NCBI RefSeq assembly: GCF_004010195.1
Contig: NC_057718.1
Span: 69,495,098-69,559,097, forward strand
Reading direction: 5' to 3'
DNA from: Chiloscyllium plagiosum
Lineage: Eukaryota
DNA length: 64,000 nt
Shown here: positions 1-13,801 of the stretch, one piece after another
Position numbering within the stretch: position 1 is the stretch's first letter
How the letters are laid out: every line of letters starts with the position of its first letter
Notes under the pieces: generated by a model
What the model saw: only the letters and a program-made list of their open reading frames with translations
The model's database searches: none
What the model was told of the DNA's origin: nothing
Position numbers and translations under genes: made by a program

Positions 1-350
1 GAAATACAGGATCCAGCGAGGTTCTGACAGGGTGGATGCAGAGAGGATATTTTGTTTTGCAGGAGAATCTAAAACTAGGGGAACACTATTTAAAAAAATG
101 AGGGGTCACATATTTAAAACAATTATTAGGCTAAATTTCTTCTTTCAGGGTTGAGTGCCTTGGTCCTCTCCCCCTGAAAACGTTGGTGGAAATAGAATCT
201 TTGAATATTTTCAAAGGTAAAGGTAGATTGATTATTTCGAAGAAGTGAGTAAAAGATTATCAAGTGTCATCAGAAATGTGGATTTGAGGTTACAATCAGA
301 TCAGCTGTGATCTTACTGGACAGCAGCACGGCTTTGAGGGTCCAAATGGA
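1..350 (+). mobile_element. Old CR1-type LINE 3' fragment
   Basis: Degenerate RT C-terminal/3' UTR-like sequence (gggtggatgcagagaggat...aaaactagggg...) resembling the CR1 3' ends elsewhere in the window. Confidence 0.6.
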
Positions 351-698
351 GTTCAAATGTTATTTAGTTATGGAGTTATAAAACAAGGTGGTCTGCACTG
401 CTAGGCTACAATTTGCACCAGATCTCTTTGCTAGATTTTCTTTGCATCCCTTATTAGCTATAAAGACTTAGATCTACACTGGTCCACGTTTGCTTTGTAA
501 CTTGCACTTTTCACCTTGCACCATCATTCCTCATATCTTTAAATTATTTCTTACCTCCACCTATCACACACCTTGCCCTTTTGTTTCTTCCCTCACAGGT
601 TACCAGTTTCCCTGGTACTGTTTATGTCCTCATGTAGATGCTGCCAGGCCTGTAGTGTGTTTCCAGAATATCCTGATTTTTATTTTGCACATACTCAC

Positions 699-2576
699 AT
701 TGGTCTGGAGGAGACTTGCCAAATTTCCGAAACCTTCCTGAACGTAAAAGGTCTCCAATGATATTTGACCTGGAAGGAAATCTTGTCCTTATCCCTGGGA
801 AACGGTGTCGAGGTGAAGATGATGACAGGGGATGAGAAGCAGAAAGCTGTGGTGAAGATGGAAACAAAGGTCGCCTTCTAGCTGTTTCCTTGGAGCTTGA
901 AGAAAGTGAACTTGCTTGCTTCCTGGAGTGTCTTGAAGATGACAGAACCGATGAAGAAGGGACAGACTGAGTCACAAAAGAAGTAACTGGTTTTGTTGGG
1001 TGACTAGCTACAAGTTTTTGTTTGGCACCATTCGGACTTAAGTTAGAATTTCTTAGTTCAGTTCGATGAGTATGTCCCTGTGAAATTGGAGAGGAGGAAT
1101 TTTGGAAAGGTACTGAAGAGAAAGATGGTTTACTTTTACTGTCAGATATTCCAGCATTTGCAAAGTGTAAGGTAGATAGGTGATTTGTTGGCAAAAATGA
1201 ATGTGAATCCTCCAAAGGTCCAGAAGCAGAGGTTAGGATTGATGAAAATGGTTGTGACTGAGAGGAAATGGAAGATGAAACTGGCTTTCTTTCAGCACTT
1301 GATGTCAGCATGGTATTAGAGTGTCTAGAATGTGTACTGGGATTTAATTGTGAAGATTTGTCTGAGTTTCTTGAAGGTATAGAGGAACTCTGAACTGATG
1401 AAGATGGAATGTGCTGCAAAGAACGGTTAGAGCCAGTTAGTTTTCTTTCAAAGTAAGAAGAGGACACCTTCTTAGTATCAGTACCAGGCATGAGCTTGTT
1501 ATTTCTCGAATGAGAGGCAGGATCTGCCCATGAAGTTCTATGATCATTTCCAAAGGATGCTGAAGATGAGGATAACACAGGAGGAGGATTAGGTGGTGGG
1601 GAAACAGAAGAAAATTTTTTTTTTGGCGTTTCGTATACAAGTCTGGTTTTAATAAAACTTGATCCTGTGGCACGACTTCTTTGTGAAGTTGAGTGTGTTG
1701 AAGATATGGAAGCTGGCTTTTTATCATGATCACTGACCACCTTTCTTCCATTAGAATTTGGCCAAGACAGGGAAGCTGCAGTCAGAGAAGAACGTGAATT
1801 TGAAGTTGTTCTTGATAACGGCCGTGCCAATCTAGGATCAGGAGCAGAAAATGACTTTGGTGACTGCGAAACTAAAGTCTGTCTATTCAACGTTGAACCA
1901 TGGTAAGATTGTTTCAGCTCTGTTAAAATGGGATTCTTTTTCATTACATTTACCTCTTTAGCTGCATCTTCTTCCTCCACTTCTACACTTTCCTCATTCT
2001 TATCTTCCTCATTCTTATCTTCCTCTGAAAACATAGCTGATGATTTCACAGAGGGAAAAGCTGACGAAGGCTGTAGTTTAGATGGAACCTGTCTTGGCTC
2101 TTTTATTTCATTTCGTGTTTGAACAGGGAGTGACTCAGACGTTAGTTGGTTTTTAAGACTTACTTTGGAATTTGATATTCTTAGCTGAGTTGGGTTTCTG
2201 TTGAATGGGATTCCAGATGGGGTAGATCTTGTTTTAATCAACAATTGGCCATTTCTGCTGAAACTTGTAGCTGTATGTTTTGATGGTGTTGAGGGAGGGG
2301 AAGGAGGGATTAAGGATGAAGACGACAAATGCAAGCTTTGATTTGTTTTTGTAAAAGAATCAGGTGACTGTAATGATGGTGAACGAGAGGCGGGAAAGAG
2401 AAAGGAAGACTTTCTTGTGTTGGTTCTGAAACCAGAGATGGGTTTAGATGGAAAAGGTGGCAAGCGTGATGAAGGCTTTTTGGGTAAAGATTTGGAGGCT
2501 GAAGATGACTCATATCCTCGCGAAGTTTGAGATTTGTCATGAATCCTATGATGAGTAGTTGCAGCAGTATTATTAC
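699..2576 (-). CDS. FNDC1: FNDC1 large Ser/Pro/Arg-rich low-complexity exon, 1878 bp, phase 1-1
   Basis: Lies within the stop-free 653-codon ORF 622-2583. Polypyrimidine acceptor ttttctctggttttcttggtag (AG at 2578-2577) is in frame with the upstream exon (A|GT = Ser). Donor CCAAT|gtgagt follows ...RSGRFRKFGKSPPDQ. Length is divisible by 3. FNDC1 is known to have one very large disordered exon after its FN3 cluster. Confidence 0.85.
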
Positions 2577-3728
2577 CTACCAAGAAAACCAGAGAAAATT
2601 ATTCAATATAAACACAACCATTTGGTAAGGCTAAATACAAAAACTACTTTTGCATGAAATAACAAAAACAGCATTAAAAAAGACATTAAAAATTTGCAGA
2701 ATTTAAACAGCTGTGCTCTATCATTCAGTCAGAGATTACTTTCTTTACGTTTTCCTAAAATTGGAAGTACCGAGCAAACATTCAAAGATAAGAGGCTAGA
2801 AACTCAGAAGTCATGCAGCAAGCAACGCACAGAAAATGACACCTAATGTTGCACATGGTAGCTGATTAAAATTTCTACTCCAAAATGATGACTTGTTTAA
2901 AACTCAAATGAGAATAGGAAGTGTAAATATCTTATATTAAAGATAAGAGTTGTAATTATTTTATCTGTTTTTCAGCTGCACCTCTCAGCAGATCCTGAGG
3001 AAGATTTTTAAAATTTTAATTGTTTACCTCCATGATGTGAATTGTTTTCTTCCAACTCAGAACGTATTTTTCTTTTCTTTACTAATGTTGGCTTTTATGA
3101 GAATGCAAAACTATAAATTGCAAGTATTCAATGGAACTAATGAGCTAGATCACTTCTGATGGATCAAATTCACCTACTTGATTTATTCCTCAACGCATTC
3201 CCTTAATTAAGCATTGCTGATGTCAATCTGCTCTGGTACCTTGCTCCAGAATTATGATTAATACTGTCCTTGAGCAGTGTTACTGGATACGTTGCTTCTG
3301 AGCTTCTGCATGACCCTGTCTCTAAGTAAAGTAAATCTGCAAAATAAGGGCTCAACTCATTCAAAAACAAAAGTGCCCAACAGATATTGCATATTTTGGG
3401 GTGCTGAGGGGAATGGAAAGAGTTGGAATGTAAGGTACCAGCAGCAATTGAATGTCTACGAGGTGAATCGTATTTAGTACGAAGAATAAGTTTGGGGCAC
3501 AATGGCCCCCTTCATTAATACAACTTTGTAGGCTAAAGAAATACTTTCTGGCTGTAACAGGCTGCTCCTTTTTTAAGGTATTTTAGGTGTTGGAGGCAAT
3601 TTCCTCGAATTCCAGGAGTAGCAATGATTGTTTTATATGCTGTTGCGTTGTTTTGGTACTTTGGAGAAAAAAAAAGTTAAAACAACAGCACTCTTAGAAC
3701 AAACAAAAGAAGGAGATGATGAGGTCAG

Positions 3729-3808
3729 TGAGAGTGAGAGGGAGAGAGAGAGAGAGAGGGAGAGGGAGGGAGGAAGGAGAGAGAGAAAGAGAGAGAGAGA
3801 AAGAGAGA
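3729..3808 (+). repeat. (GA)n-rich imperfect microsatellite in the CR1 5' UTR
   Basis: gagagtgagagggagagagagagagagagggagagggaggg... seen directly. Confidence 0.9.
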
Positions 3809-5863
3809 TCCACTTTGCTAACTGACACAGCAGTGAACCTGTGCTGTTACTGCCTTTGCTGTTGAATTCATGTATCGCTGGACATCGGAGTGCATCTAGG
3901 AAAATGAACAAACAGTTAAATTCACAACTGATCTTGGAAGAACCTGTTTGGAACAGGTCGCAGCACAGAAACAGATAAGTGAATAGTTTTAAGTGTGGCC
4001 TTGCTGTAGATCTGCAGTAGTAAGTAGAGTGGGTTCTTTTTTTATTATATGTTTTATTGAGATATGTCTCTTGATTAAACTTAAAAATATAAGCCATAAG
4101 TATTAAGTTGGCCTGGAGCAGTGTTTTGTAGAGGAATAGGACAGTGCTGTTTTCTGAGTCTGCAGATTGGAAGAAGCAAAAATGGCCCCAAGTAGAGTGA
4201 TTTGCTCTTCTTGTCGGATAGGGGAGTTTCAGGAGAGTTTATGGGTTACTGAGGATTGTATCTGCAATAAATGCTGCTGGCTGCGAATCCTATCAGATCG
4301 AATGGAATGTTTCGAGAGACAGTTAGAGGCAATGAGGAATTTACAAGAGCAAAGGGAATGTGATGGATGGCAGTTATAGGAAGGAAGCAAAGTTGCAGGA
4401 ACACTCACATAGATGGGTTAACTCCAGGAAAGGTAAGAGAGGTACGCAGGTAGTGCAGGAGTCTTCTGTTGCTATCCCCATTTCAAACAAGTATGCTGTT
4501 TTGGAAAATGTAGGGGGTGATGGATTCTCAGGGCAATGTAGCATGAACAGCCAAGTTTCTGGTAACAAGATTGGCTCTAATGCAATGAGGGGCATGTTGG
4601 GTTCTAAGAGATCGATTGTGTTAGGGGACTCTCTAGTCCAAGGTACAGACAGACGTTTCTATAGCCAGCAGCGAAAAATCAGAATGGTTTGTTGCCTCCC
4701 TGCTATCAGGGCCAAGGATGTCTCAGAGAGGGTACAGAATGTTCTCACGGGGGAGAGGGCCCAGCATGAGGTCATTGTCCACATTGGAACCAATGACATA
4801 GGAAAAGAAAAGGATGAGATTCTGAAGGGAGAATATAGAGAGTTAGGCAGGAATTTAAAAAGGAGGTTCTCGAGAATGATAATATCTGGATTATTCCTGG
4901 TGCTATGAGCTAGTGAGGGTAGGAATAGGAAGATAGAGCAGAAGAATGCATGTCTGAGGAGCTGGTGTATGGGAGAATGTTTCACACTTTTGGATCATTG
5001 GAATCTCTTCTGGGGTAGAAGTGACCTGCACAAGCAGAATGTATTGTATCCTAATTGGAAGGGGACTAATATACTGGCAGGGAGACTTGCTAGAACTGCT
5101 CAGGAGGATTTAAACTAGTAAGGTAGGGACTCAGGGAGATAGTGAGGAAAGAGATCAATTTGAGACTGGTACAGTTGGGAAAAGAAGCGAGTCAAACGGT
5201 CAGGGTAGGCAGGGACAAAACAGAGAACAAGGTAGGACTGATAAATTAAACTGCATTTATTTCAAGGCAAGAAGCCGAACAGGGAAGGTAGGTGAACTCA
5301 GGACACAATTAGGAACATGGGACTGGGATATCATAGCAATTACAGAAACATGGCTCAGGGACGGACAGGACTGGCAGCTTAATGTTCCAGGATACAAATG
5401 CTACAGGAAAGATAGAAAGGGAGGCAAGAGAGGAGGGGGAGTAGCGTTTTTGATAAGAGATAGCATTACAGCTGTACTGAGGGAGGATATTCCTAGAAAT
5501 ATATCCAGGGAAGTTATTTGGGTGGAACTGAGAAATAAGAAAGGGACAATCATCTTATGGGGATTGTATTATAGACCACCTAATAGTCAGCGGAAATTGA
5601 GAAACAAATTTGTAAGGAGTTATCTGTAAGAATAATAGAGGAATTATGGTAGGGGATTTTAACTTTCCAAACATAGACTGGCATTGCCATAGTGTTAAGG
5701 ATTTAGATGGAGAAGAATTTGTTAACTGTTTACAAGAAAAGTTTCTGATTCAGTATGTGGATATATCTACTACAGAAGGTGCAAAATTTGACCTACTCTT
5801 GAGAAATAAGGCAGGGCAGGTGACTAAGGTGTCAGTGGGGGAGCACTTTAGGGCCAACGACCA

Positions 5864-6010
5864 CATTAGGGGTATTGAAACAATCCTTGGATAAGCACAT
5901 AGATGATGATGGGATAATGTAGGGGGATGGGCTTAGATTAGTTCACAGGTCGTTGCAAAATCGAGGGCTGAAGGGCCTGTTCTGCGATGGATTGTTCTAT
6001 GTTCTATGTC
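5864..6010 (+). mobile_element. Short 3'-end fragment of a second CR1 subfamily nested in the first CR1
   Basis: Ends gaagggcctgttctgcg...ttctatgttctatg, like the tail at 27470-27524. Interrupts the host at gaccac|...|tataattctattag. Confidence 0.75.
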
Positions 6011-9000
6011 TATAATTCTATTAGTTTTGAGTTAGTGATGGAGAAGGATAGACAAGATCTAAAAGTTGAAGTTCTAAATTGTAGAAAGACTAATTTTGAC
6101 AGTATTAGGCAAGAACTTTCAAAAGCAGATTGGGAGCAGATATTCGCAGGTAAAGGTACGGCTGGAAAATTGGAAGCCTTCAGAAATTAGATAATGAGAG
6201 TCCAGAGACAGTATATTCCTGTTAGGTGAAAGATGCTGGATGACTGAAGAAATTGAAGTTTTGCTGAGAAAAAGAAGCAAGCATATGTCAGGTATAGACA
6301 GGACAGATCGAGTGAATCCTAAGAAGAGTATAAAGGCAGTGGGAATATACTTAAGAGGGAAGTCAGGAGGACAAAAGAGGGACATGCGATAGCTTTGGCA
6401 AGTTGGGCTAAGGAGAATCCAAAGAGCTTTTACAAATACGTTAAGGACAAAAGGGTAACTAGGGAGAGAATAAGGCCTCTCAAAGATCAGCAAGGTGCCT
6501 TTGTGTGGAGCCACAGGAGATGGGGGAGCTACTAAACGAGTATTTTGTATCAGTTTTTGCTATGGAAAAGGACATGGAAGATATAGAACATGGACATGGT
6601 GAAATAGATGGTGGCATTTTGAAAAATGCCCATATTACAGAGGAGGAAGTGCTGGATATCTTGAAATACATCAAATTGGACAAATCCTCAGGACCTGATC
6701 AGGTGTACCCTAGAACTCTGTGGGAAGCTAGGGAAATGATTATTGGGCCTCTTGCTGAGATATTTGTATCATTGATAGTCACAGGTGAGGTGACGGAAGA
6801 CTGGAGGTTGGCTAACATAGGTTCCACTGCTTAAGAAAGGTGGTAAGGACAAGCCAAGGAACTATAGACCGGTGAGCCTGATATCGGTGGTGGGCAAGTT
6901 GTTGGAAAGAATTCTGAGGGATTGGATGTATATGTATTTGGAAAGGCAAGGATTAGGGATAGTCAACATGGCTTTGTGCTTGGGAAATCATGCCTCACAA
7001 AATTGATGGACCTTTTTGAAGTAACAAAGAGGATTGATGAGGGCAGAGGGATAGACGTGGTCTATATGGACTTCGGGAAGGCGTTTGACAAGGTTCCCCA
7101 TGGGAGACTGGTGAGCAAGATTAGATCTCATGGAATACAGGAAGAACTCGCCATTTGGATACAGAACTGGCTCAAAGGTAGAAGACAGAGGGTGGTGGTG
7201 GAGGGTTGTTTTTCAGACTGGAAGTCTATGACGAGTGGAATGCCACACGGATCGGTGCTGGGTCCACTATTTTTCGTCATTTATATAAATGATTTGGATG
7301 TGAACATAAGAACTATAATTCGTAAGTTTGCAAAATTGGAGGTGTAGTGAACAGCGGAGAGGGTTACCTCAGATTACAACAGGATCTGGACCAGATGGGC
7401 CAGTGGGCTGACAAGTGGCAGATTGAGTTTAATTCAGATAAATGCGAGGTACTGCACTTTGGGAAAGCAAATCTTAGCAGGACTTATACACTTAATGGTA
7501 AGGTCCTAGGGCGTGTTGCTGAACAAAGAGACCTTGAATTGCAGGTTCATAGCTCCTTGCAAGTGGAGTCGCAGGTAGATAGGATAGTGAAGAAGACGTT
7601 TGGTATGCTTTCCTTTATTGGTCAGAGTATTGAGTACATGAGTTGGGAAGTCATGTTGCAGCTGTACAGGACATTTGTTAGGCCATTGTTGGAACATTGC
7701 ATGCAATTCTGGTCTCCTTCCTATAAGAAGGATTTTGTGAAACTTGAAAGAGTTCAGAAAATATTTACAAGGATGTTGCCAGGATTCGAAGATTTGAGGT
7801 TGAATAGGCTGGGGCTGTTTTCGCTGGAGCGTTGGAGGCTGAGGGGTGAGGGACATGGATAGGATAATAGACAAAGTCTTTTCCCTGGGATGGGGGAAGT
7901 GCAGGTTTAGGGTGAGAGGGGAAAGATCTAAAAGAGACCTAACAGGCAACCTTTTTGCACATAGGGTGGTATGTGTATGGAATGAGCTGCCAGAAGAAGT
8001 GGTGGAGGCTGGTACAATTACAACATTTAAAAGGTATCTGGATGGGTATATGAATAGGAAGGGTTTGGATGGATATGGTCTGGGTGTTGTCAGGTGGGAC
8101 CAGATTGGGTTGGGATATCTGGTTGGCATGAATGAGTTGAACCGAAGGGTCTGTTTCCATGCTGTACATCTCTGTGATTCTAAGGGGGACACTGAAGCAA
8201 TTTCCGTATCTTATTTTTATGGATTTGCTGCTTAATGTCAACCATTCCTTCAGGCTTCAATCATCATGTTATTGAGATCCATAACCCTATTACTTTCAAT
8301 ATTACTTGCTTCCGATATAATAATTTCAACATGTTCCTAATATTTGAAATCTTCAACCTACTGACTAACATTCCCAATTGAAATGTATCTATTTTCTTTG
8401 CAATCCCTTTTCAATTAAATCACCTCGGAGTTGCTTCTTTCCAAACTGACCAATCCAACATTCATAAGCGTACACTGACGTGTGTTTCAAGTTTATATTG
8501 ATCCTTGGCATTTCTCAAAATTCTATTTCTGTGATGCTATTTTTATATTAAATATCTAAATATCAGTAGATAATCACATTTGAATTTCTATCATGAATAA
8601 AAGTGATTTTTGGGTACAGTTACTATAAAACTGGAAGCTTCAAAGATGTACTGTTATAAATTTTGGAAGATACAACAGGGTAGAATTCTGATTCTGTCCT
8701 TGTCTGTGATTTTCTGCCTTATATTTGCAATCAAACTAAAGTTGACGCATCACATACTATTAAACTTGTACTCGCTGAGACTTGCTGGCCCAGATGTTGC
8801 AAGTTAATCCTTCCAGAAAAACCTTATGGGTGTGAAATGATACAGTTAGACAATTTCCTGCTCAACACTAACTGTTTTGTTTTTCACATAGTATTCATTC
8901 CTGAGATGCGGGTGTCAATAGCAAGACCAGTAGTTGTTACCATCCTTAGGTTGAACAAAGAACATGGCAGTGAGTTTTTTGAACAATTTGACTAGCTTTT

Positions 9001-9794
9001 TCAACCAGAGGATAGCAAAGAGTCAACTGCATTGTGTCCAGTTGAATTTGTACTGGTGAGATTTCATCAAACGATCTGCAACTGCAGTGCTTCACCCAAA
9101 AAAATTGAATACCAGTAGGATGACATGTCTATATTTGTATGCAAATTAGGATCGAAACAGATCTTTGTAGTCCTTTTGATGACTCTTGACTGCCAATCAA
9201 AACACCTTGTACCTCCCTCGTCACAGCAATATTTTACAATCAATAAACAAAGACAATGAGAAAAAAATAAATTAACAGCTGTGATTTTTCTCCCAGGTTG
9301 CTCATAAGATTGCCCTTAAGATCTTTCAATTCCTGGGATATTTAATTCCTGGAGAGCTGGCAATTCTCGTGTCTATAAACCATATCAATTAAACACAACT
9401 TTGAAGACCATTGGTAAATCAGTTGGAAAATTTGACAATTCAATAAGATTCACTTTCCATTTCTGTTATCAACTTTTTATTCCTTGTTCTTTTTAATTTA
9501 AATTCTCAAATTTCCATGGTGAGATCTTAAGTCCCATTCGCTGGATTATCCTGTCCAATAAAATATTATAACAGTGTCAATGTAACCCACAATTCATTAA
9601 AAAAATGCATTCCATTTTTGCAGTATAGCAAATAATAAAAATTCCTGTTTTCTCTTAAATGTAACTCAATTTGATGGACATCAAAGCCACTGAGATCACA
9701 TCTTGTACAATGAGAAATTAGTCTATATCCAGTAAAAGCATTAGAATCATGCAGCAGGTCAGTCAGCATATATAAAAACAAATTACTCCAAGCA

Positions 9795-10050
9795 TTAACC
9801 TGTCTCTTCTCTCAACAGATGCTGACTGATCTGTCCACTGTAGTTATTTCTGTTTAATATTTCAGATATCTGCTGTTTTTAGAGCAAAAACAAAATACCA
9901 TAGACAAAGGAAATTTGAAAAAGATCTCAAAAATTGGAAGTACTCAGGAGATTTAGCAACACTTACAAAGAATGAAGCCAAGTTAACATTTTAGGTCAAA
10001 GAAGAAAGGTCATTTACCTGAAACATCAACTCTGTTTCTCTCTTCACAAT
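9795..10050. mobile_element. Highly degenerate Penelope-like terminal-repeat fragments (old family)
   Basis: gaagaaaggtcatttacctgaaacatcaactctgtttctctc resembles a decayed hammerhead-bearing pLTR. A related fragment is at 43005-43095. Confidence 0.45.
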
Positions 10051-10463
10051 TCTATGGGATTACTGGATGATTTCAAAATCTTATGTTATTATTGCTGTTT
10101 CTATAACCATGTACCAGACTCTTAACTGCAATTGATACCCATGCAACAAGTTGGTAATCTTGTTGTTTACATTCCATTCCTGATTAAATTAAAATTTATG
10201 ATTCAAACATTATAATTGGATTATTAGAAAATAATGCTTGGAATTTCTGTCTAAACTGTTTTTCTCCTTAGTGGAGACTCTAAATTAATATTAACTATAG
10301 TTATTCTAACTATAATCATTCACAATTTAGAACCCATGGCATAATTGCATGGCTCAAATGCATAATAAAGAGTTCTATAGTTTTTAGTGCAACATCAGTT
10401 GTGATGAACTGTGCTCAAACAGAACTTGCAAAGAAGCTAAAGATGTCACTAAAAGAGTGTTTA

Positions 10464-10799
<336 letters not shown>

Positions 10800-12619
10800 T
10801 CACAGGGTGCATTGCTAATATTTACTGATTAGCAATGCACTAAACAACAATGGAGTCTATAACAAAATGAGGTAGAATTGAGACAAGATACATGACCCAC
10901 TCCACGTAATCCACAATTAACTAGATAGACGACATGCTATATCAACAAAGACAAAAGAAATATTAACAATCAAATGTGTAATTAATTGACATATACGAAT
11001 AAATAAGTTACCTTAATTTTGTAAAATAATGTAATTTGATGTTGAAACTCAATTGTTCACAACAACATTTTCAACTGTCATTTAATTCTAAAGCAACACA
11101 CTTAACTGAACCTTCATGAAATATTTAATGTATGACATTTACAGTTCCAATATGATCATACAGACAAAAAAATATGAATTTAAATATAAATATTTGAGTG
11201 ATCAGTAGTTATATTTGATGAACATAGGCCAAGATCTTCAGATCAGAAGGTAGTTATTACAGGAATATATCCAGCAAAACCCTTCAGAGGACCTGAACAC
11301 CAACTCCAAGAAACATGTGGGAAGTCCAAACTAACTTTCGATGTGCGATTACAGTGCATCCAAAACCCTTTGAGGAAGTGCTCAATTGTGAGTTAGATTT
11401 GCAGATTTTCCAACTCACTTACCTTGATAGTTACTCAGGAAAGGTTAGAGGAATTAAAATGATACTATCCCTGAGTAAACACAAACAAGACTCTCTGATT
11501 CTCCTGAGACCCCCCTCTCCCTCCCATATCTGACCTGACATCATCTCCCTGACTGACACACCCCCTTGCTTCACTAACCTGAAGCTCAACCCGATGCCAT
11601 TCACAATGAACTGACCCGATCTGGCACACCTCTGACCCAATGCCTGTCATGATTCAACATGAGCCCTCACCCCAAGAAGAAGCCTCCACCTACCCAATGT
11701 CCTTTAAGAGGCTGAACTAAAACGGTGTTTAATTGCTACAAATTGACAGCCAGTGCTGTTAGTAGGAATAGCTATGGCTTTTACAAAACTCAGTCCCATG
11801 CAACCTGCATAGTTTGTTGCACTGCAATCGGTAATCAGGATCCTGCTTCAGAAGTTGGCCTTGAAGGGTCCTGGCCAGAGATGTAGATAACTTTTTGACT
11901 GACCTCAGGTGCAAATAGGGGTTCTAACCCAGACTGGATAATATTTAAAAAAAATTTTTATTCATGGGATTTTCAAGGGATGGGAAGGCCTACATTTCGT
12001 GCCCCTTCCTCACATCCTGGAAAATGCCTTCTCTTCTATGCATGGGAATCAGCCCTAATATGATATAAAACATCTGAGGCAAAACTGGCATCTGCTCTGC
12101 AATGTCAACAAGAAACTCACTTTCAGCTGATTAGAAAAAGAAATTAATTAGCTCATGAAAGCAAGTAAAGGAACTGTTTGATAATTGGCTGGTATGGGGT
12201 GTCAATTTCAGTAAGTTTCTATTCCTTCAGTCTGGCAATTCCTAGTATAGGTTCAGAAATTATGCAAAAGATGTCAGTCAACAAATGTCAATGTGCAATT
12301 GCTCAGATAATCTTTCTGACATTGTTGACCCCTACTTCAGCTTTCTGGGAAAATTCATATTTTTTGTTCACACTTTTTAACTTTTCATTTGTATGACTTT
12401 CTGAGCACTATGGTGGTAAGAGAGATAATTATTTGAGAAACTTTAGACATTAAACTATTGGACTGGACTCATAGTAACAATTACTCCCATTTCCCCAGTG
12501 AGAATTCAATTTGACAGAGTGACTTAAATACTATCTTTTTTTTAAGAACGGAGAGGAGTACAATAATCCTCTGGGTATTATTTGATAATTTTTCACAATA
12601 GTATTGGGAAGTCTCCTAC

Positions 12620-12727
12620 CTGTGACCTTTCCCTTGTTGTCAATAGGAGGATCCCAAGATGCAGTGACTGCTGTTCCTTGATCACCTAATGGCTTCACCT
12701 CAAAGTTCTCAGGGCTAGAAGTAGGAA
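12620..12727 (-). CDS. FNDC1: FNDC1 internal coding exon (start of next FN3 domain), 108 bp, phase 1-1
   Basis: Acceptor tgcag and donor CAG|gtagga. Translates (V)PTSSPENFEVKPLGDQGTAVTASWDPPIDNKGKVT(E), versus recalled human [37 protein letters not shown]. Phase fits both flanking exons. Confidence 0.93.
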
Positions 12728-13745
12728 CTGCATTTGAAAGTCAGAGGGAGAAACAATTAGATCTACAAATACAATGCGTAACTTCTAAACTAAGACATTC
12801 TGTTCGTGGACCTACTTCAAATTGCAATGACAGTTAATATTTACTTCATGTTAATGATTTTCTATGGATCATCAACATTGCACTTTAAGCATAGGGAAAA
12901 ATTGCTCTTTCTACCCCATGTGAATTGCTGTATTAGTTCTATAGATGGCTGTGAACACTTTTCTTGGGCTGCTTATTTATTTGATACTATATCCAGTGTC
13001 AACTCAACAGAGAGATGCATAACCTCCAGTATAACACAAGTATAAAATGGACTACTTGTTAATTTCAAGTCAAGAGGTGAAACAATGTTAGCCTCTTTCT
13101 GTATCATGATTCTGGGAGAATGTTTGGACCATTCTTTTTGCACCAGCTGAGAATTTTAACTTAGTGCCAAACTCCTGTCTTTTCCCATTACACTGCACAT
13201 GGTTTCCATTTAAATAATTATTTAATGGTTTCACATTTGTCTCAAAACTTCTATGCATGGCAAAACCTAACCTTAACAGCACTTGTGAATGTACACACTG
13301 GAGGCCCAAAATAGTTGTTAAAATGTTTATTATTGAGTCATTATCTATTATTATTTATATTTTAATTTATTGTTGTGGCTAATTTTGCAATGACTTGCAT
13401 GATGAAACCAGTTGAAAAGGTAACACAGAATGTGGTCATGTCTTGTACCTGGTTTCCTTGGAGTCCTACTTTATGCATAATTCCATGCAAGTACTTTAAA
13501 GCAGTCAAATCACCAACTCCAAAACAAATTTTAAAAATTGAGTTTTATTATCTTGAAAATACGATTTGAGTTGTTTCGAGAAATGCTAACTCTCAAACTG
13601 ATTGTACAGTTGTGATTTCTGCATAAAATGAAGACTCCTACAAATGAGCAAAATCTTGGGATCTTATTGCACATTATGTTTGCCCACCCTCCAAAATTGA
13701 CTGGGAATCTACTGGAACCAGCATCTATGTCATGGTGATTGCAAT

Positions 13746-13801
13746 CATAGAATCCCTACAGTCTGGGAGAAGATCATTCAGCCCATTGAGTCCATACTGA
13801 C
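13746..13801 (-). mobile_element. 3' tail of an HE1/V-SINE (left part of a SINE split by a CR1 insertion)
   Basis: tcatagaatccctacagt...cagcccattgagtccatactgac matches the reverse-complement HE1 tail. The SINE continues at 16491. Confidence 0.7.

Larger units (their letters stand above)
3551..8183 (+). mobile_element. Near-full-length disabled CR1-clade LINE (HER1-like)
   Basis: 5' UTR shared with the copies at 13.8-14.9 kb and 60.2-60.8 kb. ORF1 remnants: CxxC...CxxC finger, zipper, and SGNH esterase motifs (LGDSLV, VCCLP, VHIGTND). ORF2 remnants: endonuclease (GDFNFPNIDW) and RT ([26 protein letters not shown]). Tail ccgaagggtctgtttccatgctgta. Many stops and frameshifts. Confidence 0.93.

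Noticed and set aside
545..560. Alternative donor GAG|gtaaga on the minus strand near 555
   Set aside because: An in-frame stop at 622-624 precedes it, so it cannot extend the coding exon.
622..2583. 653-aa ORF as a stand-alone gene
   Set aside because: It starts at a non-ATG codon inside a splice acceptor and runs past a consensus donor at 698. It is better explained as an internal FNDC1 exon.
3240..3321. Possible extra minus-strand exon (cttag|AGACAGG...CAAG|gtacca)
   Set aside because: 82 bp would shift the frame between phase-1 neighbours, the donor is weak, and there is no FNDC1 similarity.
3628..4097. ORFs with ERERER / SLSLSL runs
   Set aside because: These are translations of the GA microsatellite in a CR1 5' UTR.
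11225..12055. C-rich stretch that may be an old non-autonomous DNA element
   Set aside because: No convincing terminal repeats or TSD could be read.
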